Positions 12,997 to 22,191 of a stretch of 64,000 nt of DNA are shown piece after piece. The first letter of the stretch is position 1; every line of letters begins with the position of its first letter. The translations under genes were made by a program, and so were the position numbers. Under the pieces are notes generated by a model, which was not told where the DNA came from, ran no database searches, and saw nothing but the letters and a program-made list of their open reading frames with translations. The stretch covers positions 559,062-623,061 of the forward strand of contig MEZX01000002.1 in the NCBI GenBank assembly GCA_001774395.1, in the 5' to 3' direction. The DNA is from Candidatus Berkelbacteria bacterium RIFCSPLOWO2_01_FULL_50_28 (GTDB lineage: Bacteria > Patescibacteriota > UBA1384 > 2-12-FULL-50-11).

Positions 12997-13986
12997 TCAG
13001 CCCTTGTCAAGTGCTTCAACAATAGCTTCTTTCAACTCGCTGATTCCGGTGTTCTGCTCCGCACTTATCAGTATGCTATCAGGGAAATCTTTATTCAAGG
13101 CCGTAACCTGTTCTTCGTTCAACAGATCCATCTTGTTGAGGATAACGATGCGCGGCAGATCCAATAGTTTCACATCGTAAGACTTAATCTCGTCCAATAT
13201 TACCTTCTCGCTTAACTTCGGGCTCTCTAGTGAGGCGTCTATTACATGGACGATCAACCGAACCCTGGAACTATGACGCAAGAATTCTGTCCCCAACCCT
13301 TTGCCTAAATGGGCGTCCTTGATTAGTCCGGGCAAATCAACCAGCGTAACTTTTTGTCCGTTAATTGTTGCTACTCCTAGTACTGGCTCGACCGTCGAAA
13401 ATTTATAAGCTCCGATCCTACCAGAAACCCCACAGAGCGCTTTCAAGAGTGACGACTTCCCGGCGTTCGGCTCACCAACAATTGCCACGTCGGCAACCAA
13501 ACGTAGCTCTAGTCTGACCTGCAGCTTCTGTCCCGGAATTCCCGAAGTAAACTCGAAAGGGTTTTGGTGAGTGGCACTGACAAAATGCACATTCCCTTTG
13601 CCACCAATCCCGCCAAGGGCAAGCACTATTCTCATATCGGTCTTGGTAAAATCTGCCAGCTGGTGATTGAAGATGGTATCAGTAACCACAGTGCCAGTGG
13701 GCACGATGAGTTCAAGCACGGCGCCGTCGTGGCCCTTTCTTTTTTTTCTGGCACCTTTCTGCCCGTCCTCGGCTTTAAATTGTTTACGATAACGAAAGTC
13801 GGCCAGGGTGTCGGTGTTATTGCTCGAGATAAAGGCGATGTCACCGCCCTTCCCGCCGTCCCCTCCATCAGGGCCGCCTTTTTCTTCGCCCTTCTCTCGC
13901 CGCCACGATACCACGCCGTCACCGCCATTTCCGGCTTTCAACTCTAATTCAACAGTGTCCACAAGCATTTTATGATTTAGCGCCAA
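12997..13986 (-). CDS. obg: GTPase Obg/CgtA
   Basis: 329 aa with the glycine-rich Obg fold N-domain (GGDGGKGG…) and a G domain (GEPNAGKSS, DLPG, NKMD). Confidence 0.9.
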   Translation of the reverse strand: MALNHKMLVDTVELELKAGNGGDGVVSWRREKGEEKGGPDGGDGGKGGDIAFISSNNTDTLADFRYRKQFKAEDGQKGARKKRKGHDGAVLELIVPTGTVVTDTIFNHQLADFTKTDMRIVLALGGIGGKGNVHFVSATHQNPFEFTSGIPGQKLQVRLELRLVADVAIVGEPNAGKSSLLKALCGVSGRIGAYKFSTVEPVLGVATINGQKVTLVDLPGLIKDAHLGKGLGTEFLRHSSRVRLIVHVIDASLESPKLSEKVILDEIKSYDVKLLDLPRIVILNKMDLLNEEQVTALNKDFPDSILISAEQNTGISELKEAIVEALDKG

Positions 13987-16765
13987 ATACTATCTGTAGG
14001 ATATCTCGTAACAAACCCGGAGGATTGGCTGCTAAGTCGGCATCGTAGTCTATAGAGTAGCTGTGGGTTAAGGGCACTCGGCTTGGTAGATCGATCGAGC
14101 TTCTTGCTACGAAGATCCCCTTGACATCACCCTCGTAAGCATCGCCAAAGGTTATTGAACCACCCAGGGCAACGTAGGCCCCGCATTCAACCGTCTCGGT
14201 ATGGTTTGCTGGTGTCTCGAACGTAATCGTGCCCGAGGCAATTATTGCCAACTTTGCCTTCGTGCAACCGATATCCCCTCGAACTGTTACGTTTCCATCG
14301 ACAACTATCGAACCGATACCATCAAACTGAACTGAGTTGTTGAGCGTCAGATTACCTGCGACTTTCCAAACTTTTCCCTCAGGGGGAGTTGAGTAGGTTG
14401 ATCGCTGCAGGTTCAAAGGATCGTTGGTGGCAGAATTGAGATGCCAAACAGCTCCCGTGTAATTTCCTCCAACAGCCGTGCCGGCGGCAAAACCTTTATC
14501 AAAAGATGCTTGAAGAATTGATCGAACCGACGACCAATTGATTTCGCTACTAGAGTAGTTAGGCAGTTTTGCTGGATTGCCTCGAATGTTAATACTTCCG
14601 CCAACCACCACGGCGCTATCGCTAATTTCGAAATCAGCTATTTCCCCTGGAGCAAGGACATTTCCTCCGACCCTAATATCTGCCACCGAGATTTTTTCCC
14701 GCATCGGCGGACCTAATGAGATCGGTAATGGCGCTCCATTTTCTAATATCTCTGGTACCTCCACGATCACGTCAGTATTGAAACATATATACTCTTGCAG
14801 ACCCCCGGCACATTCGCCGCTCCCTAGATACACATTTTCGTGGGCTCCTGACTGCTCGAGGTAGGAGCCAATATTAGCGATGTCGCTCCCGGAAGCCGAT
14901 GGAACAAGCGTCAGCCGATAGTTATATTCCTCCTCTCTACTGTCAAATCCAGTGATCGTGACCTCATAATATTTGCCCCGATTATCCCCGTCACCTTGAT
15001 CTTTAAGGATAATATTGGCAACGTAGTCATTCGGGCCACTCTGGTGAACCTCGACAGGATTGTTGGAGTCAGATAGATCAAAACGCCATTTTTCGTCCTC
15101 AAACAAAAGCTGGTCGGGTTTAAAGATCAGCCTCGGCGGGAGTTTTATGGTGATTTTTGGCACAAAAACATTGGGACTGCATTCGCCGAAACACATCACT
15201 CGAGCGGCACGAGGGAGCTCTCCGTATGTGTCAGGACTTCCGCGCGGCATAAACCATAACCCCAGACCAGCATAAACCGAGTTGCCGGCTTTTTGTAAAG
15301 TTTCAACAGGCGAGATTCCGGTTCTTGATTTCTTAACACATCGGGAGTTACTGCATGATGGACGAGTTATCTTATATATACCTGGCTTGTTATTCTTTAC
15401 CCCGACAAAAAACAATGTTTCAACGCCACTGATTGTGTTAACCACTATGCTATTTGAGTAGCCCCCACCGACGCTGGTGATTTTCGTCCACGTCCAACTA
15501 CTCGGAGCTGATGTTGGGTTTTCCACCCTAAACAGTCCATCGCCCGTGACGTTGAGAAACAGTTTCCCCTGCCATAAGACGGAACCACTAACATATGACT
15601 GGCTACTAGACGCCTGAGGGACTGTTAGGGTATTCCAGTTTGTACCATTAGAGGAGTACATAAGCTTGGTGGCTGTGTTAGTCACACTGGAATTGTAGAC
15701 ACTAGCAAAGAGGATATCGTTATTCACAAACATATAGAAAACCCCTTCATTATTTCGGTTCCCCGAGCCTCCAGTCACCACTTTTTTCCAGGCAGTACTT
15801 GTAGGAGTCCAGCTGTTAGGGTTATTCGCGGCGCCGTGATGTTGCCATATTTGAAACCCTAAACTTTGAGCGGTTGGGGTTACTTTTCGAGCAAAGTTGC
15901 CATGACTAAACGTTGCTGCATAAATATCCCCCTTGAAGAGTGCTGTGGAAAAAAATCTCTGTGCGAGGCGCCAGTTTGTCACGTTAATATTTTGCCAGTA
16001 ATTATAATCACGAGCTATCTCGGTTGGAGCGTAACAACCGCCAGGAAATTGTGGCCAGCGCGTTTGCAGGCAACTTGGAGAACTTGGTTGAACCCAGTTG
16101 GCTTGAGCGTTAACTGCTGCACCGTCTGCCTGATAACTTGGAACAGTTGAAGTAGTCATTTCGGGTGGTGGGGAAGCTGGTGGATACCCAGTATAGTCAA
16201 AGGCTGTTGATGAGGACCCACTACTACATCTGGTTCCCCCAAATTCGACCGGCCTGCCTTGGACAGGGTCAGGATTTCCCCAAGTGTTGAAACAGGCTCT
16301 GCCGTTATAGATGTACGAGTTAAGAACCGAGAGCTGTGTCGGTCCTGGCAAACCGGCTGGACGCATTCCAAGCGAGCTGACAGGTTTCCAGTTATCTCCT
16401 AAGCCCTCAGTGTAGCTAAACTTTCCCTGGAAGCGGAAAAACTGACTCGGCAGAACATCGCCCGTGTCAGCGTTGCGACGCAACTCAAGTGGCACGTCGG
16501 AAGTCTGCTGATCACAAGGCTCAGTCGGGTGATAGCTGTCATAACAAGGCGACTGTGAGCTGTCGGTTAAACTGTTAATTAGACGAACAGCTGGTGTAGC
16601 GCGGTCAACTTGCGCGGCAGATAAATTTACCAGTGTCGGATTATGATACCCCACTCCAATAGGTGAAATTTTGTCTCGGCGAATGATAGCACCACTAACT
16701 ACCCCCGCAATAAGCGCGAGAGTAAGAAACGTTATGCCAATCAATTCCGGATTCCGTTTCAGCAT
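13970..16765 (-). CDS. Large membrane-anchored/secreted surface protein (931 aa); its C-terminal ~400 aa are paralogous to the next gene
   Basis: N-terminus MLKRNPELIGITFLTLALIAGVV is a charged NPE motif followed by a TM segment. The mature region is Thr/Ser/Asn/Gly-rich and beta-rich. The C-terminal block (…GGSINIRGN…PPEGKVWK…CGAYVALGGSITF…GIFVA…IDYDADLAANPP) aligns with the 422-aa neighbour. Confidence 0.7.
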   Translation of the reverse strand: MLKRNPELIGITFLTLALIAGVVSGAIIRRDKISPIGVGYHNPTLVNLSAAQVDRATPAVRLINSLTDSSQSPCYDSYHPTEPCDQQTSDVPLELRRNADTGDVLPSQFFRFQGKFSYTEGLGDNWKPVSSLGMRPAGLPGPTQLSVLNSYIYNGRACFNTWGNPDPVQGRPVEFGGTRCSSGSSSTAFDYTGYPPASPPPEMTTSTVPSYQADGAAVNAQANWVQPSSPSCLQTRWPQFPGGCYAPTEIARDYNYWQNINVTNWRLAQRFFSTALFKGDIYAATFSHGNFARKVTPTAQSLGFQIWQHHGAANNPNSWTPTSTAWKKVVTGGSGNRNNEGVFYMFVNNDILFASVYNSSVTNTATKLMYSSNGTNWNTLTVPQASSSQSYVSGSVLWQGKLFLNVTGDGLFRVENPTSAPSSWTWTKITSVGGGYSNSIVVNTISGVETLFFVGVKNNKPGIYKITRPSCSNSRCVKKSRTGISPVETLQKAGNSVYAGLGLWFMPRGSPDTYGELPRAARVMCFGECSPNVFVPKITIKLPPRLIFKPDQLLFEDEKWRFDLSDSNNPVEVHQSGPNDYVANIILKDQGDGDNRGKYYEVTITGFDSREEEYNYRLTLVPSASGSDIANIGSYLEQSGAHENVYLGSGECAGGLQEYICFNTDVIVEVPEILENGAPLPISLGPPMREKISVADIRVGGNVLAPGEIADFEISDSAVVVGGSINIRGNPAKLPNYSSSEINWSSVRSILQASFDKGFAAGTAVGGNYTGAVWHLNSATNDPLNLQRSTYSTPPEGKVWKVAGNLTLNNSVQFDGIGSIVVDGNVTVRGDIGCTKAKLAIIASGTITFETPANHTETVECGAYVALGGSITFGDAYEGDVKGIFVARSSIDLPSRVPLTHSYSIDYDADLAANPPGLLRDILQIVFGAKS

Positions 16766-18034
16766 TTAGGATTTAATATAGCTTATCATTTGCAGGAGTT
16801 CCCGGAAAAGAATGGTTGGGTCGTTAGCAAACTGGGCGTCGTAATCGATTATATAAGGACCCGTTAGCTCTTCTGGATTTGGAAGTTTTATTGAATCGCC
16901 AGCGACAAATATACCCCTTAGCGTCCCACTTTTTGCCGGTTGAAGATTAAAGTTAATGTTCTTCTCGCCACCAATCGCCACGAATGCGCCGCAGTTAACA
17001 ACATCAGTATTAATACTGACCGAACCGTTCACCAGAAAAGCCAACCTCGTTACATTACCAATCTGATTAGAGCACAGAATTTCTCCGTTAAGACTCAAAT
17101 CCCCGTTCACAACAATCGTCCCTGAGCCGGTGAAGCTAATATCGCCAAGGACGAGGCCGGATGCGGAGTACCAGAGCTTGCCTTCAGGTGGTGCTGAGAA
17201 AGAGTTGGCCGTACCCGACGGCGACCGACTGCTGGAATTGAGGTTCCAGTAGCCTTGAATTTTGCGGGTCTGTAAATGAGTCCCGCCGATACCCCTTTTA
17301 TATAGGTCCTTAATATCTTGGTTAACGCTGTTCCAGTTTAGTTTCGAGCTACCCAGCAAGTACTGCTCCAGTTCTACTCCTTCACCCTGAACATTGATAC
17401 TGCCACCCAGTGCAATAGCGTTATCGTCAATAATAAAATTATCGAGGCTATCTGCAGCAGCAACGTTCCCTTGAACAAATATCCCCTTAAGAGCAATTGT
17501 TTCAAACATCGTCACGGGAGACGGGCTGTTTCGTGGGGCACGTATGGTGCTTATAGTCTTCAAACAAAGGTGTGAACTGGCGCCATTCACAACGCATCCG
17601 GCCGCGGTTAGTGCCGAGGTAGCAGAGGAGTGATTTTTCAGGTAGCTAGCGAGCTGTTCGATGTTTGATTTGCTGGTAGATTCATTAAAGGTTAAACGCC
17701 AATCGGCTAGAGGTGGTTTGTCCTTTCTAAACCCTGTGATTGATAAGGAGATATACGCCCCATCAGTTCCTCGATCAACGATCCGGGTTCTTACACCGTA
17801 TTGCTCTGAGCCACTAATCTTCACGAACTCTTCGTTCTGAGAATTGTAACTGTAGTTATTGCCGGCAAAGCGCAAATTTCTGGGTACGTATATTAGTAAG
17901 GGCGGCAACTCCACTGTTAGACGCGGCATAAGCCAAATTAAATTGCCCGCTGGGGGCGGAGCGTAGGCGGTAGCAGTCGAGCTAAATGCCAGGCTCAACA
18001 GCAAAGTAAGAAGCAATCTTATAGGGTTAATCAT
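16766..18034 (-). CDS. Secreted protein (422 aa), paralog of the C-terminal domain of the 931-aa neighbour
   Basis: Sec-type signal peptide MINPIRLLLTLLLSLAFSSTATA-YA. Collinear similarity to 13970-16765 (…GGSINVQGE…PPEGKLWY…CGAFVAIGGEKNI…GIFVA…IDYDAQFANDP). Confidence 0.7.
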   Translation of the reverse strand: MINPIRLLLTLLLSLAFSSTATAYAPPPAGNLIWLMPRLTVELPPLLIYVPRNLRFAGNNYSYNSQNEEFVKISGSEQYGVRTRIVDRGTDGAYISLSITGFRKDKPPLADWRLTFNESTSKSNIEQLASYLKNHSSATSALTAAGCVVNGASSHLCLKTISTIRAPRNSPSPVTMFETIALKGIFVQGNVAAADSLDNFIIDDNAIALGGSINVQGEGVELEQYLLGSSKLNWNSVNQDIKDLYKRGIGGTHLQTRKIQGYWNLNSSSRSPSGTANSFSAPPEGKLWYSASGLVLGDISFTGSGTIVVNGDLSLNGEILCSNQIGNVTRLAFLVNGSVSINTDVVNCGAFVAIGGEKNINFNLQPAKSGTLRGIFVAGDSIKLPNPEELTGPYIIDYDAQFANDPTILFRELLQMISYIKS

Positions 18035-18363
18035 TAATCTCGATACTCTAATTTACCCTGAAATCTCGGTAACTTTACCGAACTATCAGCTGTTCGTTTT
18101 AAGCTAAGCGTTGAGCTATCATACTGCGGCAGCGTTTGATCGTTTGGATCGTTGGGCAGGGGATTCAACAGACTATCGTGATCGGTAATACTCCAGATAA
18201 GCACAGGGTTCCCACTACCCGATCCTGTAGTTGGTGACTTCAAATTCCTCCTTAAACCAACACCAACGCTTAGTACTATAATTGCGATAATTATACCGAT
18301 GCCGATAACCTCAGCTTTGCTTGTTGACCCTTCGGGGTTCCATTTGAAGAGTTTTCTCATCAT
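18034..18363 (-). CDS. Small single-pass membrane protein (MMRKLFKWNPEGSTSKAEVIGIGIIIAIIVLSV…), first gene of the surface-protein operon
   Basis: The ORF overlaps the start of the 422-aa gene by 1 nt. Its NPE motif precedes a TM helix, as in the 931-aa protein. The alternative upstream start at 18444 is less likely because a divergent promoter region lies there. Confidence 0.5.
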   Translation of the reverse strand: MMRKLFKWNPEGSTSKAEVIGIGIIIAIIVLSVGVGLRRNLKSPTTGSGSGNPVLIWSITDHDSLLNPLPNDPNDQTLPQYDSSTLSLKRTADSSVKLPRFQGKLEYRD

Positions 18364-18444
18364 TGAGGCTTCATCGTAGCAAAACAAGGTATACTCAACC
18401 ACTTGACAGGCAGGCAACCGGTGCAGATAGTGATAAGAGAGCAT

Positions 18445-19164
18445 ATGAAAAAAGTATTTATTTACGTTTCGAGCAGAGTATTAGCAGGCTTACTGTTGGG
18501 AATCGCTGGATTGGCTCTAACACTCTCGTCTCCCGCCAGTAATCCACAGGGTACAAACGCAGCCGATACCGATAGCTACAATACCAAATGGACAGCAACA
18601 AAGCTGATCACTGTTTGTTGTTGGGACTATCGCGGTGCTAGTCTTACCACAAACACCCACGAGATAGCCATCGGTGTTTCGGCTTGGCATGTTGAAGGTA
18701 AGCTCAACGACGAATTGGCATTCACCGAAGACTGGAAAGCCCCGGCAGTTGGCGCGAAAGTTACCCGTTATAATGCAACCAGCACTCACTCTCCTTGGCC
18801 ATCAAACAGCGGTTTCAACCCTACGAAATGGTTGCTCGCAACCTATCACACAATCGGAGTTGGGGCAGACGATAGGGCAAACGGTGCCGGAAGAAATGCT
18901 ACTGTTTTCGCCGAAAAAACACCTGGTGAGATTAACTACGCCATTCCCTCACAGAACAACTCCGGCTACCCAATTCTTTCCGGAAACGGTGCCCAAACAT
19001 GCACAAGAGACAATACCAGATCTTTTCGCTGCCGTATTTCCACCGGAAGCTACGGTTGGCTTGATAATATCGGTGACAAGGGTGCCAACCTTGGCCAACA
19101 AGAAATCATGGGTGGTGGACTTTTCATGCCTCTCGAGTGGACGGTAACCGGCACGCTGTACTAA
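18445..19164 (+). CDS. Secreted hypothetical protein (about 240 aa)
   Basis: Start chosen at MKKVFIYVSSRVLAGLLLGIAGLALTLSSPAS, a signal peptide. TTGACA-17-GATAGT lies upstream. No recognisable family. Confidence 0.55.
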   Translation: MKKVFIYVSSRVLAGLLLGIAGLALTLSSPASNPQGTNAADTDSYNTKWTATKLITVCCWDYRGASLTTNTHEIAIGVSAWHVEGKLNDELAFTEDWKAPAVGAKVTRYNATSTHSPWPSNSGFNPTKWLLATYHTIGVGADDRANGAGRNATVFAEKTPGEINYAIPSQNNSGYPILSGNGAQTCTRDNTRSFRCRISTGSYGWLDNIGDKGANLGQQEIMGGGLFMPLEWTVTGTLY

Positions 19165-19173
19165 GATAGGCTA

Positions 19174-19461
19174 ATGCAAAAAAGGCTGGAAAAGCTATCA
19201 TCAGCGATACTTTTGATCGGTGCATTGATTTTTATTAGTGGTCTGGCTACCAGAGTTGGGTCACAACCAATCCCGCAGAGAAGTCGAACCCTCTCTAGTC
19301 TTACAGCAAGGAATGAGGCAATTAGAAATGCTGCGAGCAAGGGCCAGAGGAGCTACGCTTTCAAGACCAACTTCATTCCCGGCATCGGCTTTCTAACCGA
19401 CCCCCAAGCGTATAAAGATAGCTGGACCAACAGCGTCGGTCTCAGAGCACGCTCGGACTAA
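19174..19461 (+). CDS. Small membrane/secreted protein (95 aa)
   Basis: Begins 10 nt after the previous gene. N-terminal hydrophobic segment AILLIGALIFISGLA. Confidence 0.4.
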   Translation: MQKRLEKLSSAILLIGALIFISGLATRVGSQPIPQRSRTLSSLTARNEAIRNAASKGQRSYAFKTNFIPGIGFLTDPQAYKDSWTNSVGLRARSD

Positions 19462-19466
19462 CTCGG

Positions 19467-20918
19467 TCACTTGTTCTCGAGTTTCACGCTAACGGCCGAA
19501 GGCAGAAAACTAACTATGCCAATCCCGTCGGGCAGTTCGAACAACTCTGCTGAAATATTAATGGAGTACGTTCCGGCTGATTTGAATGTGCTTAAATCCA
19601 GGTTTAGTTTAATAGAGGAATCTTTGAGCGCGTCCAGAATATTTACCCCTCCCGAAACTATCAAACCAATTGAAGAGGGAGTAACGGCGGTAACTTTTAG
19701 CGAAGGGCTGACCCCAACGTAGCTAATCTGCGGCGCCGTAGTCTTTGTAGAAAGCGTTTGAGCAATCGAAAGTGTCACCTTTACTGATTCGATATCGTCA
19801 TCTAACGTTACACCAGATGGCAGATCAAGTTTGACAGTCACGGTGCTATCGTCTTCAAGTCCGGCAACTGATATCGCTGCGGTCGGGATCTCACTGATAT
19901 CCGCTAAGAACACAGCCTTGCCCGAAATAGGGACGACTGCCGGCTCAACGGTAACCGAACGAACCCAAAAACCTGTCGCTGGAGCACCGATCAACGTTGG
20001 TTTAATGCCAACTGTTTTATGGCTGCCCGCCTTGATCAGATCGACTTTCAGCCGAAGTTGAGCGGGTTCGAATGTGAGGCTCGGAATAATTTCTGCACTT
20101 GGCGTTAAGGCGACGGGATCAACTAATGTATTGATAGGTGCGGTCTGACCATCCAACTCAAACGGTGCCACCGCTTGGGTGACGTCCTCAATAACAGATT
20201 TCGGTCCGGAAACCTCTAACTTGTTCGGTGTGATTTTCGGCGTCCCAGGCACAAGATCATTGCCAGCCCGGCCGGAGAATTTTGCTACCACTGTCACCGT
20301 CTTCCGAATCACCGGCTCCACCGCCACGATCACGCTGGCGGGCTTCAGGCGAATTATTTCGACCCCCGAAATTTTACTTGTAACTGTAATAGGCAGATCA
20401 AGCGTACCTTCAGCTCGGTTACCAACATCCACAACAGCCGAAAAGTCGTTTGGGCTAAGCGTTACCCATTGGTCACGCGAAGCTGAAACAATCACCTTAA
20501 CCCCGGTGAGGCTACCAAAGTTAGCCGACGTCCCTCGAGCTAAATTCACCGCCTGCACCGATACGGCCTGAGGTAGCTCGCCAACTTTTGAACTAACGCC
20601 ATTGGCAATAGCCACCGTCAGCAGGGAAAATACCAGGCTGACCAGAGCTAGTGTTGCCCCATTAAAATGCGGTGGCGAGAACGGAAGCGTTTGATTTTTC
20701 GGCCCGAACAAGGCAGCCCATCTTTGATGAAAAAACAGCGGCAGACCGACGATAAACATCGCTAGCATCAGTTGAGCAAACAAGTGCAAGCCAGGTAAGA
20801 AAAGCAGGGCCGACGCAATTAAGAGCAGTCCCAACCCAAGCACCGCTGAAAAGTACCGAAAACCGCGCTGACTGTTGAACGGCCGTAAGATCAGAAAAAC
20901 CAAAACCGTTAGCACCAC
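19467..20918 (-). CDS. YbbR-domain protein (CdaR-like) with an N-terminal multi-TM region
   Basis: 483 aa with three or four N-terminal TM helices, then repeated beta-rich modules of about 80-90 aa of YbbR type (…VSVQAVNLARGT…, …VTVVAKFSGRAG…, …VKLDLPSGVTLDD…). GTG start; the SD is distant, so the exact start is uncertain. Confidence 0.55.
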   Translation of the reverse strand: MVLTVLVFLILRPFNSQRGFRYFSAVLGLGLLLIASALLFLPGLHLFAQLMLAMFIVGLPLFFHQRWAALFGPKNQTLPFSPPHFNGATLALVSLVFSLLTVAIANGVSSKVGELPQAVSVQAVNLARGTSANFGSLTGVKVIVSASRDQWVTLSPNDFSAVVDVGNRAEGTLDLPITVTSKISGVEIIRLKPASVIVAVEPVIRKTVTVVAKFSGRAGNDLVPGTPKITPNKLEVSGPKSVIEDVTQAVAPFELDGQTAPINTLVDPVALTPSAEIIPSLTFEPAQLRLKVDLIKAGSHKTVGIKPTLIGAPATGFWVRSVTVEPAVVPISGKAVFLADISEIPTAAISVAGLEDDSTVTVKLDLPSGVTLDDDIESVKVTLSIAQTLSTKTTAPQISYVGVSPSLKVTAVTPSSIGLIVSGGVNILDALKDSSIKLNLDLSTFKSAGTYSINISAELFELPDGIGIVSFLPSAVSVKLENK

Positions 20919-21155
20919 CAGATCGAAGGCAAAGTAAAGCCAGCGGCTGGAGTTTGTCAGCCCGAACTGTAAATACCCTTCCCAAATTGATCTAAAGAAT
21001 TCTATTGGTCCGCCTCCTTAGATAATGTAGCGCTTTTTAGCACGCGAGCCAATTATTTGTAGCTAAAATACTGTCGAAACTTATTGACTCTCATCCAGAT
21101 AACTGGTAAAGTTCACCAGCAATCTCAAATTGCATTTTTGCACCAGGAAAAATAG

Positions 21156-22028
21156 ATGAATTACTCGACACTCTTCTGTAATGTGTTAATCACGCTCCTG
21201 TTTGTCGGCACCTGCTTCTTGGCCGAGTATATGACCTGCGTCAATGATCCGCTTGACGATGCCCGTGCAACCCCAGAAACGTCTGACGCGGATCGCAAAC
21301 CGTTGGTAGTAAGATGGTGGTATGCGCCAATCATAATCCTTGCGGCTTTTGGCGCTTCGTACGTTCCCTCGACCGGATGGATGAATGTTATTGCTGTTGT
21401 TGTCTCAGCTGCAAGCCTCGCATTCATGGCATGTAACAAGGCTGCGATACACGGCAAAATGCAGGGTCTTGTCACAGCCACCTTCACATCCCTTGTGTGT
21501 TGGATGTGGCTTGGTTACTCACGCGCACCGATGGGTTGGTTGGTGATTAACCTCACAACCATACTGGTCATGATTTTCGTTCTCTCCGAATATGCTCAGC
21601 ACTTTCGGTGGCCGATTATCCGAATAGCTTTGGTGTCCCTGACAATCTTCGACGTTATTTCGGTCTTCGTGACCGGACACATGATCGATATTGCCGCCGC
21701 AAGCATGAAGGCTGGCTTCCCTGGTCTCGTCTACTTTCCGGACTTCCACACCTGGAAACCAATTATGATACTAGGGGCGGGCGACATCGTTTTCCCTGGA
21801 ACACTCATGATCCTTGCCATCACGACTGGATACGAGACAAAGAGATGGCTGCCGATGTGGGGCACTTTGGCCGGCTTTATCGCTGGACAGATGATCTGCA
21901 CGCTGGTGCTCATACTTTTCCACTCGGCCCAACCGGCGATGCTCTATCTCGTCCCAGGAGTCCTGATTGGATACAGAGCAGCCGTGGCCTTGATCCCCCA
22001 CGAGCACCAAGCAGAGTTCCTGAGCTGA
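21156..22028 (+). CDS. Signal peptide peptidase / presenilin-type intramembrane aspartyl protease (peptidase A22 family)
   Basis: Polytopic 290-aa membrane protein. It carries TIFDVISVF, the YD-type motif with F in place of Y. It carries ILGAGDIVFPG, the GxGD motif, close to SPP GLGDIVIPG. It carries AQPAMLYLVPG, the PAL motif, close to SPP QPALLYLVP. Confidence 0.75.
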   Translation: MNYSTLFCNVLITLLFVGTCFLAEYMTCVNDPLDDARATPETSDADRKPLVVRWWYAPIIILAAFGASYVPSTGWMNVIAVVVSAASLAFMACNKAAIHGKMQGLVTATFTSLVCWMWLGYSRAPMGWLVINLTTILVMIFVLSEYAQHFRWPIIRIALVSLTIFDVISVFVTGHMIDIAAASMKAGFPGLVYFPDFHTWKPIMILGAGDIVFPGTLMILAITTGYETKRWLPMWGTLAGFIAGQMICTLVLILFHSAQPAMLYLVPGVLIGYRAAVALIPHEHQAEFLS

Positions 22029-22054
22029 ACTTCTCCCTGGTGCAAGACGTTTCT

Positions 22055-22083
22055 GCCTCCCCTAACCCGGGAGGCCTTTTTAT
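22055..22083 (+). terminator. Rho-independent terminator (gcctccc-ctaacc-gggaggc then CTTTTTAT) after the SPP-like gene
   Basis: 7-bp GC-rich stem followed by a T-run, in the convergent spacer with infB. Confidence 0.6.
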
Positions 22084-22191
22084 ACAACAAATTGTCAAAC
22101 CAAAAATGATCTAACACTTGGTTATTCGATTCTTTCGCAACGCGAATTCAGAGCGAAGCGGTAGATTTGGTTATTTGGTTATTTTTTGACG

